A stretch of DNA of 64,000 bases from the NCBI GenBank assembly GCA_035555575.1, contig DATMGL010000008.1, positions 78,292 through 142,291 of the forward strand, given 5' to 3'. A program made the translations under genes and the position numbers. The stretch comes from Sphingobium sp. (GTDB lineage Bacteria; Pseudomonadota; Alphaproteobacteria; Sphingomonadales; Sphingomonadaceae). Under the pieces are notes generated by a model. That model was given only the letters and a program-made list of their open reading frames with translations. It did not search any database and was not told the origin of the DNA. Shown here piece after piece: positions 38,433 through 47,342 of the stretch (within the stretch, counting starts at the first letter, position 1; every line of letters starts with the position of its first letter).

Positions 38433-40103
38433 TCAGTAAGCAGCGCTGAATGAAAGGAAGATGCGGCCGTCCCGGTCGCCCAGGGCGCCGACATCGCGGC
38501 CGATCGGCCTGGCATATTCCATCGACAGGCCGAAGCGTCCCGCAATCCCGACCCGCAGGCCCGCGCCGACCGATCGCAGACTGCTGCGCCTTGCCTCACC
38601 CGGCAGCGGACGGTTCTGATAAACCCGGCCACCCTCATAATAGACATAGGGCTCCACCGACCCCATGCCGCGCGCGGGGATGGTGTAGAAAAGCTCCGCC
38701 TTGCCGGCGAAACCCTTGTCGCCCGTTATTTCCGAGGGATCATAGGCGCGGCCATATTCGGTGCTGCCAAGGCCCATCTCCTCTGAAGCGAGCAGGCTGT
38801 TGCGCGTCCATTGCCCGGTCGCGCCGAGCAGGAGGCGCAGGCCGCGATGAATGGGTTGAACCCGCGTGATCTCGCCGTTCACTTTCGTGAAAACGCCCGA
38901 GGCGGTGGCGCGGGATTTGGCCGGGTCGCCCCCTGCCGTCGCACCGAGCAACCCAAGCCCCTGCGTGATGCTGCCCCGCACCGTGACCTGCCCGCCCAGA
39001 CGATCGGCATGATTGACCATGAGTCCCGCGTTCGCCGTGCGGATCTTGTCGTCAAAAACCGGGTCCAGAAGGATATTCCGCGAATTGCTATCCCGTGCCG
39101 TCCACGAAAACTGGCCAAGAATATTGGTCTCCCGGCTGCGCAGGAACGGATATTGCAGCCCGAAACCCCAGGTGAGGCTTTCGCCCTCGAGCGCAAGCAC
39201 GCGCAATTCATCGCCGGGCCGGGTCCGCGCATAGCTGGCGAACACGCTCGCACGCAGGCCGGAGCCGCCAATGGGCTGATCATAGGTTCCGGACACGAAG
39301 CCCAGTTCGCCCCCCTGATCGGGTGCGCCGACACCCGTTATGGCCAGCCGCCCTCCGGCACGGGCCAGATCGTTCAACACGATGCCGGCGTAAAACTGGG
39401 CCGGCCCCAGCCAGCGCGATCCGCGATTGTCGACCGCGACGAACGCTTCGACCGGCTTGCGCGCGACGACCAGGCTGAGGTCCGCCGCCCCCTCGACATC
39501 GGCAGAGGGCGTGAGCACGGCGCGGACGTCCGCCCCCTGAAGATCACGCGCCAGCAACAGCGCGCGCGCCAGATCCTTTCCGGATGTCGGCCGCTCCGCG
39601 CGAACCGGCGCAAGATAGGCTTCCAGATACGGGCGATAACCGCCGGGCTTTCCTTCGATCCGTGTCTGATCGATAAACCCTTCGACGATGTGGACCGTGG
39701 CGACGCCATTCTCGATGCGCTGCGGCGCGATGATCGCCCGCGAAAGCGCATAACCCCGGCGCCGATATTCGGCGGTCACCTGCTCGGCCAGCCGAAACAG
39801 GTCGGAGAGCGGCATGGCGCGGTTCAGATAGGGCCGGGCGAGCGCGTCCAGGGCATCCATCGGCACCACCGTCGCCCCGTCAAACCGCACCGCCGTCAAT
39901 GTGACCGGCAGCGCGCTCGCCGCAACGGCCTCCTGTGTCGGTAAATCCGGCACATCGAGCGGCGAAACGCTCGGCGCATCGGATTGCGCCCGAAAGCGCT
40001 CGTCGATCCGTCCGGGATCAACAGCCTGCTGCGCCTGTGCACCGACGCCCGAAAGCGCCAAAGCTGAAACAACGAAAAACCGCCCCCTGATCTTCATTCC
40101 CAC
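38433..40103 (-). CDS. ShlB/FhaC/HecB-family TpsB transporter
   Basis: Signal peptide, POTRA segment YRRRGYALSRA...IVEG, VDNRGS, loop 6 LGSTEYGRAY, C-terminal FLSFSAAY. Confidence 0.9.
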   Translation of the reverse strand: MGMKIRGRFFVVSALALSGVGAQAQQAVDPGRIDERFRAQSDAPSVSPLDVPDLPTQEAVAASALPVTLTAVRFDGATVVPMDALDALARPYLNRAMPLSDLFRLAEQVTAEYRRRGYALSRAIIAPQRIENGVATVHIVEGFIDQTRIEGKPGGYRPYLEAYLAPVRAERPTSGKDLARALLLARDLQGADVRAVLTPSADVEGAADLSLVVARKPVEAFVAVDNRGSRWLGPAQFYAGIVLNDLARAGGRLAITGVGAPDQGGELGFVSGTYDQPIGGSGLRASVFASYARTRPGDELRVLALEGESLTWGFGLQYPFLRSRETNILGQFSWTARDSNSRNILLDPVFDDKIRTANAGLMVNHADRLGGQVTVRGSITQGLGLLGATAGGDPAKSRATASGVFTKVNGEITRVQPIHRGLRLLLGATGQWTRNSLLASEEMGLGSTEYGRAYDPSEITGDKGFAGKAELFYTIPARGMGSVEPYVYYEGGRVYQNRPLPGEARRSSLRSVGAGLRVGIAGRFGLSMEYARPIGRDVGALGDRDGRIFLSFSAAY

Positions 40104-40172
40104 TCTCTGCTATTTGGTCAATACGCACCCGCGGCGCTCGAAAGCGCGGCGGCCGGCCATGCAATTTCTGTG

Positions 40173-41462
40173 TCAGGCGCGCCCGAGTCCGCCCGGGCCA
40201 TCGCCTGCGCGAAAATCACGCCTGCTCCCCGCCAGATCGCCAAGCGACACGGGCCGCACGTCCCGGTCACCGCCCCGATGATAGCTCCAGCTTCGCCAGG
40301 CGCTGGCCCGTCCAAGATGATATCCCTGCTGCCAGCAGTCGGCCTGAGAGGCCTGACGCGTTTGCAATTCGGCCGCCATCCGGCTTTGCGCTTCCGTCTC
40401 GACGCCCTCGACGATGACGACCGGTGCGATCGCGCCGGCCATGCCGACCAGATATTGCAGAAACTCGAAATTCTTCGGATCGGCAGCGGCGCGCCGCAGG
40501 AAGAAACCATCCAGCTTGATGATGTCGGGACTGATCGCCATGGCCCGGCGCACCGAGGCATGGCCGACGCCAAAATCATCGAGCGCGACACGGCAGCCAA
40601 GCGCGCGCAGTTCCCGCACAAACGCAAAGGCGCCAGCGTCGAGCGCCGCCGATTCCGTGATTTCCACAACGAGACGCTCCGCCATGCCGCGCGAGCGCTT
40701 CAGTCGCGCGAACAGCGAGGCCCACCAGATGTCGCACCGCGCGCTCTGGCCGGAAATATTCACGCCGAGCACCGCCGATGGATGATTTTCGAGTTCATCG
40801 AGCACCGCAGCCATGATCCGGCGGTCAAAAAGACGCATCAAGCCAAGCGCCTCCAGAGCAGGGATGAAGGCGGATGGCGGCACAAACCGGCCGTCCCGGT
40901 CAACCATGCGCGCCAGCGCCTCGCAATAGAGACTCCCCGAGCCCCCGGAGGCCGACCGGACAGGCTGCCAGTACATGTGCACCCGGCCATCGCTCATCGC
41001 CGCAAGCACATCGGCCGCAATGCTCATATTCTGCCGATATTGCCGGGACCACGCCCCCTCGTCACCCGCCGCCACATAAGCCGGCAGAGCCTGCCCCGCC
41101 ACGGCGCAGGACAGGGAAAGATGGAGGTCCACCCCCATCAGCTTCACCGGCTCAAGCGACAGCCGGTCCAGCAGGCTTTCGAGAATATCCTCGACGCCCG
41201 CAGAAGGTCGGTGTTCGAACGAGATCTCGACCAGTCCGGGACGGCGCACCCATGACAGGCACGCGCGCCCCCGCAATCGATCGAGGACCAGATCCAGACT
41301 GGCGATCGCCGCCTCGGCAGCGTCGGCCCCATATGCCGACAATATGTGGGAGATATTGTCTATGCGCAGGAGCGCATGCGCTTCAGCACCCTCGTGGGAG
41401 GAAGGATTTGATGGCGCCGCCCACAGATCTGCGTCGGTCCGTTCAACATCGATTGCGATCAT
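40173..41462 (-). CDS. EAL-domain c-di-GMP phosphodiesterase with degenerate N-terminal domain
   Basis: YWQP, EALAR, VNIS, VEITE, ALDDFGVG, IKLD, EGVET and QGY are all present. RBS GAGGAAG precedes ATG 41462. Confidence 0.88.
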   Translation of the reverse strand: MIAIDVERTDADLWAAPSNPSSHEGAEAHALLRIDNISHILSAYGADAAEAAIASLDLVLDRLRGRACLSWVRRPGLVEISFEHRPSAGVEDILESLLDRLSLEPVKLMGVDLHLSLSCAVAGQALPAYVAAGDEGAWSRQYRQNMSIAADVLAAMSDGRVHMYWQPVRSASGGSGSLYCEALARMVDRDGRFVPPSAFIPALEALGLMRLFDRRIMAAVLDELENHPSAVLGVNISGQSARCDIWWASLFARLKRSRGMAERLVVEITESAALDAGAFAFVRELRALGCRVALDDFGVGHASVRRAMAISPDIIKLDGFFLRRAAADPKNFEFLQYLVGMAGAIAPVVIVEGVETEAQSRMAAELQTRQASQADCWQQGYHLGRASAWRSWSYHRGGDRDVRPVSLGDLAGSRRDFRAGDGPGGLGRA

Positions 41463-41472
41463 CGACTTCCTC

Positions 41473-42438
41473 TCATGTCGGACGAACCACCCGCTCGAAC
41501 TTGAGACAAAATATCCAATTCTGTATCAAAGGGCAATAGCTGTTAATGGCGGTTCGTAAAAACCGTTTAATATCAGTTGGTTGTTGAGCGGCTAGATGAT
41601 CCGGTGCCGCATCGGACGTGGCAGGACTCGCCCCATCCTCACATGAGCTGGCGGCCTGCAGCGCCACAGGCGGCACGGGCCGCCCTGTTGGAAACCAGTC
41701 AGTTTGCTTGCGATGGGAGGATGACCGGCGGCTCTCCTTGCGCGAGCGGCGCCACATGCGCGAGGCGATCTCGCGCTCTTCCGGCCCCATCGCGCTGGTG
41801 TAGATTGCGGTTGTCTTGATATCGGCATGACCGAGCCATTTTTGAACAAGGGTCAGTGGAACATTGGACTGAATGGCTTTGACTCCGAAGCCATGTCGTA
41901 ACCCTTTTGGAGTCGCGTAGCTTCCGGTGATGCCTGCTTCGCCCATGACTTCACATATTCTGCGGTATCCGGTCATCCGTGACCATGGCCAAAGACGACC
42001 TGCATTGAAGTTTTCGGATTTAAACCATTTTTTGAGATAGTTAAGAAGCTGCTTAGGCAATGGGATTGACCTGAACATGGTCTTTCCGCGCTTTTTCAGG
42101 CTTTTAATGACTACATTCTCGGCTTTGAAGTCGATGCTATTCACGGTCATCGATAGAGCTTCAGAAATACGGCATCCGGTCACTGCCATCATCCAGCAAA
42201 AATTCCGGACAGATACTTTGAATTCCTGAGCCGCCGCCAGGAATGATTCCAACTCCGAGGACGTCAAATACTTCCTCTGACCCTCGCGATTATAGATGGT
42301 CCAGGGTGTGTCCGCACGCCTGGCTGCCGTTGCGCTGAGCTGAGACGGGGGGCTGTCTGCGGAGAGGCGCGCTGCCTGCGGCTCGGGCCCTGATACAGAA
42401 TTGGATAAAGTGTCACAGACTTTAAGCTTATTTTTCAT
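41473..42438 (-). CDS. FimB/FimE-like small tyrosine recombinase 1 (body lies inside the invertible segment)
   Basis: RKYLT, TGCRISEAL, LKK, PKGLRH, LGHADIKTTAIY. No core-binding domain. The ORF crosses both inverted repeats. Confidence 0.88.
   Translation of the reverse strand: MKNKLKVCDTLSNSVSGPEPQAARLSADSPPSQLSATAARRADTPWTIYNREGQRKYLTSSELESFLAAAQEFKVSVRNFCWMMAVTGCRISEALSMTVNSIDFKAENVVIKSLKKRGKTMFRSIPLPKQLLNYLKKWFKSENFNAGRLWPWSRMTGYRRICEVMGEAGITGSYATPKGLRHGFGVKAIQSNVPLTLVQKWLGHADIKTTAIYTSAMGPEEREIASRMWRRSRKESRRSSSHRKQTDWFPTGRPVPPVALQAASSCEDGASPATSDAAPDHLAAQQPTDIKRFLRTAINSYCPLIQNWIFCLKFERVVRPT
41501..41529 (+). repeat. Left recombination site (IRL), 11-7-11 core structure
   Basis: TTGAGACAAAA-TATCCAA-TTCTGTATCAA: the arms are 9/11 mutually inverted around a 7-bp asymmetric spacer. 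41512-41528 is the perfect reverse complement of 42391-42407. Confidence 0.85.
41512..42407. mobile_element. Putative invertible DNA segment (phase-variation switch), 896 bp
   Basis: Bounded by perfect 17-bp inverted repeats TATCCAATTCTGTATCA / TGATACAGAATTGGATA. Lies between a recombinase and the EAL-TpsB-TpsA operon. Confidence 0.8.
42390..42418 (-). repeat. Right recombination site (IRR)
   Basis: The minus strand reads CTGTGACACTT-TATCCAA-TTCTGTATCAG. Spacer and inner arm match IRL; the outer arm is diverged. Confidence 0.85.
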
Positions 42439-42893
42439 ACAGATAGCCCTTTAATCTGCGCTACATGGGGATGAACGTCGACTGCGCATTTCCCGATGTT
42501 CATCGGCGAAAGAGAATGCTCGGAACCCGTTATGGTTTCCTCACGACCGCTGGAACAGCTTGCACAAATATCGGAGCATGCTGAGCGGCCCACCGATTGA
42601 TGAACCATGGGGACTGACCGCAAGACGTTGCCGAGTCCCATGTTCATTGCTGCGGGTAGCAAGGGCGGATTGGCCAGGCGTGCTCAACTGTCTTTTGACA
42701 GGTTCACGACCGGGCCGGCGAGCCAGATGCGCGCTGGACCACGCCACATATCACGCAATAGCAGATCATGAACGGCGGCTGGAGCAAAGGCCACTTCCCG
42801 GTGCATGGGAGCACCGGGTGGGCAAGTCGCAAGGCGCACGCCGTCAGGTTTCCGGTGATGCGGAGGGCAGAGCCACCCCGCCGTTCCGCCGGA

Positions 42894-43712
42894 CTAGGCG
42901 ACCAGGCGCCTTGGCTTCAATTCATCTTCTGTGGAGAGTCCCTGTGAGCCACCGACAAAGCGGTCATCGAGCAGGGCGGCCAGCTTGAGCAACATCATGT
43001 CATCATATGCGACCCGATTGCCTTGCCGCTCCTCCAGCGCAAGGGCCGGCGTGTGTCGGATCGCGCCGGACCCGAGCGCCGCATGTTTGGCCCGCGTCGA
43101 TCGTGGGTTACGCGATCGGTTCATGCTGAATTTCCACGTGCGCGAGGCGAACTCCCGCTCTTCCGGGCCCATCGCGCTGGTGTAGATTGCGGTTGTCTTG
43201 ATATCGGCATGCCCCAACCAGCGCTGGATGAGGTTCAGGGGCACATTGGACTGGATCGCACAGACACCGAAGGCATGGCGCAGGCCTTTCGGTGTGGCGT
43301 GCGGACCAACAATCCCTGCACTGACCATCACCTCCCGGACGCGGCGATAGCCGGTCATCCGCGACCATGGCCACAGCCGCTCGCGAGGGAGCACGCCGAC
43401 ACTGAGCAAGGCTCTAAGCAGATTGAGCAATTCCGGTGGCAAGGGAATTGTTCTGAATATCTTCTTCCCGCGCTTCTTCAGACATTCGACAATGACATGC
43501 CCGGACTCAAAATCGATACTCTGCCTCGACAGGGCCAGCGCTTCTGAAATCCTGCACCCGGTTGTTGCCAGCATCCAGCAGAAACTGTGCACGGTTTCAC
43601 CCCGTTGCGCGGCTGCATATAAAAAAGAAACACGCTCTTTCGCAGTCAAATATTTACGCTGTCCCACTCCATCATACACGGACCCAAGCATCAATTCTCC
43701 ACCCCTCGGCAT
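42894..43712 (-). CDS. FimB/FimE-like small tyrosine recombinase 2 (outside the invertible segment)
   Basis: GQRKYLT, TGCRISEAL, LKKRG, PKGLRH, LGHADIKTTAIY. Paralog of recombinase 1. Likely start ATG 43691. Confidence 0.9.
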   Translation of the reverse strand: MPRGGELMLGSVYDGVGQRKYLTAKERVSFLYAAAQRGETVHSFCWMLATTGCRISEALALSRQSIDFESGHVIVECLKKRGKKIFRTIPLPPELLNLLRALLSVGVLPRERLWPWSRMTGYRRVREVMVSAGIVGPHATPKGLRHAFGVCAIQSNVPLNLIQRWLGHADIKTTAIYTSAMGPEEREFASRTWKFSMNRSRNPRSTRAKHAALGSGAIRHTPALALEERQGNRVAYDDMMLLKLAALLDDRFVGGSQGLSTEDELKPRRLVA

Positions 43713-44092
43713 GGTTAGTTCAGGGCTAACTGCGCTTATAAAGTTTACAAAAGTTTACATTATTTTACATTTGGGGTTTCGAAGCGGAGAGGCCGCACGG
43801 CCTTCATGTGCGCCATCGATGAATTGCATCTGATTTTGCTCGACTATCGGCCGGACTGTTCGTGGCCGGGGCGGAAGCCAGGATGGTCCCGGTCGCGTCA
43901 TAACCTTGCGCTGGACGGGGAGCCTCGATGGCTGCTGCTCGCAAAGGGATCGGGCGACCCGGCCGCCAAAGCTGCCGCACCCTGTTCAAACCCCCGATGG
44001 GGATGGCCCGCCGCGTTTCGCCCGGCGTCTCGCCGTGCCGCTCTATGCTGGCCGGCTGCAATGGGCCTTGCCGTTGCTGCGCAGACCTGGCG

Positions 44093-45517
44093 TTAAATCA
44101 CTTTCCCCGGATTGAGGATATTGTTGGGGTCCATCGTCGCCTTGAGCATCCGCATCAGCTTCAATTCCTCCGGCGTGCGCGAAAAGTGCAGAAACTCGCG
44201 CTTGATGCTGCCGATGCCATGCTCGGCGGTGATCGACCCGCCCCATTTGCCGACGGCTTCATAGACCAGTGCTTCCATCTCATGTTCGGGCATCGGATCG
44301 CGCGGCACCCGCGCTGACAGATGCAGGTTCGAATCCGCCAGATGGCCGAAGAACACCGTCACGCAATCCGGCCATTTTTCCAGCAGCAGATCACGCACAT
44401 AAGGAATGAAATCGCCGATCTTGCGTGTCGGCAGGCTCACATCGAAGGCGACTTGCGGCCAGTGCACCTTGTAGAACTCGCCTGGGCAATCACGGACCGC
44501 CCAGATCTCCTGCCGCTGCTTGTCGGACTGGGCGATCACCGCATCCTGCACCAGCCCGGATTCGATCATGCCGCCCAGCACTTCCTCAAAACGCTCCGGG
44601 TCGCGCCCGGGGTCCGTGCCGAGGATCTCGATCAGCGCATAAACGTTATAACCATGCGCCAGCGGCGGCTGACGGCCAAGCGCCGTGGTCCCGATATGGT
44701 AGAAATCCGGCCACATCACCTCAAAGGCCGAGAGCGTGCTGCTGAAGGCGGAATTGCACTGCCTGAGCAATTCGAGCGTCGCGGCATAGTCCTCGATCGC
44801 GACCACCGCCGTGCAGGCGCTCCTTGGCTTGGGGAACAGGCGCAGCACCAGCCGGGTGATGACGCCGAGCGTCCCTTCGCTGCCGATGAAGAGGTGCTTC
44901 AGATCATAGCCGGCATTATTCTTGATCATCACATTGAGCGAACTGATGATGGTGCCATCCGCCAGCACGGCCTCGACGCCCAGAATGAGGTCGCGCATCA
45001 TGCCGTAGCGCAACACCCGGTTCCCGCCGGCATTGGTCGCGGCATTCCCGCCGACCTGCGCGGTGCCGCGGCCGCCAAGATCAAGCGGGAAGAGGAAGCC
45101 CGCATCGTCGGCCGCGACCTGCACCGTCTCCAGCACTGTGCCGGCCAGCACGGTCATCGTGCGCCCGGCTTCATCCAGTTCCTCGATGCCGCGCATCCGC
45201 TCCATGGAGAGCAGCACGCACGGGCGGTCGGCCAGGCCGCCGGCGCACAGGCTGGTGAGGCCGCCCTGCGGCACGACCGGATAACGCGCCTCGTTGCAGA
45301 TCGCCATGATACGCGAGACCTGCGCGGTCGTGCGCGGATAGGCGATACCCGGCAGCGCAATCCCCGCGGGCATGACGTTCGTGAAGTCGGTGCTATGCCG
45401 CGCAAAATCCGCTTCCGAGGCATCCTTGATGATGTCCGGCCCGAGTTCGGCCTTGAGACGGGCGATCACCGCCGCGCCTTTGCCTGCATCCTGCGAGCCC
45501 TCGATAATCGCTGTCAT
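44093..45517 (-). CDS. FAD-binding oxidoreductase (GlcD/D-2-hydroxyacid dehydrogenase family)
   Basis: PQGGLTSL, GGNAATNAGG, GSEGTLG, FGHLADSNLH, TAEHGIG, DPNNILNPGK. Confidence 0.9.
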   Translation of the reverse strand: MTAIIEGSQDAGKGAAVIARLKAELGPDIIKDASEADFARHSTDFTNVMPAGIALPGIAYPRTTAQVSRIMAICNEARYPVVPQGGLTSLCAGGLADRPCVLLSMERMRGIEELDEAGRTMTVLAGTVLETVQVAADDAGFLFPLDLGGRGTAQVGGNAATNAGGNRVLRYGMMRDLILGVEAVLADGTIISSLNVMIKNNAGYDLKHLFIGSEGTLGVITRLVLRLFPKPRSACTAVVAIEDYAATLELLRQCNSAFSSTLSAFEVMWPDFYHIGTTALGRQPPLAHGYNVYALIEILGTDPGRDPERFEEVLGGMIESGLVQDAVIAQSDKQRQEIWAVRDCPGEFYKVHWPQVAFDVSLPTRKIGDFIPYVRDLLLEKWPDCVTVFFGHLADSNLHLSARVPRDPMPEHEMEALVYEAVGKWGGSITAEHGIGSIKREFLHFSRTPEELKLMRMLKATMDPNNILNPGKVI

Positions 45518-45797
45518 AGCCGTCCTATTCCGCCAGAGCCCGTCTGATCTGCCCATCATAGCGGCGGACGAAGAAGCTGCCTACCAGGGCAATTCCAGCG
45601 CAGAAGATCATATAACAGGCCGCGCCGGTCGGCTCCGCCGTCCAGGCGACCAGCGCAGGATCCAGCTCCCTCTCGCCGCTGAAAATCGGCCTCGGCCAAT
45701 GGCGCGGCCCCGCGAGCACGCGTGAAACCCATGGCTTTGCAAGCACGGCGTCTGGTCTATACTGCCCCTGTAACGAAGCCAAATTGGAGAGGCCCTG

Positions 45798-47276
45798 ATG
45801 ACCGCGCTTGACGCCGCCACCCCCCTGCTCTTCCAGACCGCCCGCGCCTTGCGCAACGCGCTTGACCGGCGCGAGATCAGCGCCGTTGAACTTCTCGACG
45901 AGCAACTGGCCCATTATGAGGCGGTCAATCCGGCGATCAACGCCATCGTCGCCACCGATCCGGACGCCGCCCGCGCCGCCGCCCGCGCTGCCGACGCGGC
46001 GATCGCGCGGGGAGACGCCGGCCCGCTCGCCGGCATCCCGATGACGATCAAGGATGTTTTTGAAGTGGTCGGCATGCCCGCCACCTGCGGCTTCACCGAG
46101 CTGGCCGGCCATTATCCGGAGCGCGATGCCGACGCCGTTGCTGCCCTGCGCGCGGCCGGTGCGGTCATCTGGGGAAAGTCCAACGTGCCGACCGGCGCCG
46201 TCGATCACCAGACGGTCAACCCCGTCTATGGACTGACGCGCAATCCATGGAACCACGATCATTCGCCGGGCGGCTCGTCGGGCGGGGCTGCCGCCGCGGT
46301 CGCAGCCGGCATCACCTCGCTGGAGCTGGGCAGCGACATTGGCGGATCGATCCGCGTGCCCAGCCATTTCAGCGGTGTCTACGGTATGAAACCGAGCTTC
46401 GGCGTCGTCTCGGGCCGGGGACATATCCCGCCCATGCCCGGCGCGCGCGGCAAAACGCCGCTCGGTGTCTATGGCCCGATGGCACGCAGCGCCTTCGACC
46501 TCGAATGGATGCTCGACCTGATCGTCGGGCCGGACGATCTGGACCGCAAGGCCTTCTCGATCACGCTCCCCCCTGCGCGGCAGGAGCGGCTCCGCGACTT
46601 CCGTGTCGGCGTGTGGCTGGATGCCTATCCGATCGACGACGGCTATCGCGCCGCGATCGAGACGATGCTCGCCAGCATCGAGCGCGCCGGCGGTCAGGTT
46701 GATCGCAAGGCCCGGCCCGATATCGATCCGGCCAACCAGTATGAAACCTATCTCACCGTGCTGATGGCGCTGGAGGGCGCAGGCGCGACGGACGCGGATT
46801 ACGCGGCGCAACTGGGCGCGGGCCGGGATGCCGAACCCGGCAGCTATGCCGAACGGATCGGCACGCGCATGTCGCAGAATGTCCGCTCGCTGGGCGCCGG
46901 CCACGCCCGGCAGGAAGAACTGATCAATCGCTGGAACGCCTTCTTCCGCGATTACGACCTGCTGATCTGCCCGATCTTCCCGCGCGTCGCCTTCCCGCAC
47001 GCGGCCACAGGTGACGGTCATATGGCGCAATATGACCGCAAGATCATCGTGAACGGCCAGCCCATTCCCTATCTGGACGGGCTGATGTGGCCCGGCATGG
47101 CCACGCTGCCCGGGCTGCCGGCTGCCGCGGTGCCCACAGGCGAACTGGTCGAGGGTCTGCCGACCGCCGTGCAGATCATCGGCCCCAGCCTGGAAGACCG
47201 CACCCCGCTGCGCTTCGCCCAATTGCTGGAGACGGCCATCGGAAGCGGCTACCGCATTCCCCCCGCCTATCGCTGA
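45798..47276 (+). CDS. Amidase signature family enzyme
   Basis: GIPMTIKD (Lys), PGGSSGG and GSDIGGSIRVPS supply the Ser-cisSer-Lys triad. Confidence 0.92.
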   Translation: MTALDAATPLLFQTARALRNALDRREISAVELLDEQLAHYEAVNPAINAIVATDPDAARAAARAADAAIARGDAGPLAGIPMTIKDVFEVVGMPATCGFTELAGHYPERDADAVAALRAAGAVIWGKSNVPTGAVDHQTVNPVYGLTRNPWNHDHSPGGSSGGAAAAVAAGITSLELGSDIGGSIRVPSHFSGVYGMKPSFGVVSGRGHIPPMPGARGKTPLGVYGPMARSAFDLEWMLDLIVGPDDLDRKAFSITLPPARQERLRDFRVGVWLDAYPIDDGYRAAIETMLASIERAGGQVDRKARPDIDPANQYETYLTVLMALEGAGATDADYAAQLGAGRDAEPGSYAERIGTRMSQNVRSLGAGHARQEELINRWNAFFRDYDLLICPIFPRVAFPHAATGDGHMAQYDRKIIVNGQPIPYLDGLMWPGMATLPGLPAAAVPTGELVEGLPTAVQIIGPSLEDRTPLRFAQLLETAIGSGYRIPPAYR

Positions 47277-47287
47277 GGCGCACGATC

Positions 47288-47319
47288 TGGCCGCCATGAG
47301 CCTCTAGCCGTGGCGGCCA
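47288..47319. terminator. Hairpin between the convergent amidase and SDR genes
   Basis: TGGCCGCCATG...CGTGGCGGCCA stem, 10/11 Watson-Crick matches. Confidence 0.45.
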
Positions 47320-47342
47320 AACGACGCACCGCGCGCCGAAGG

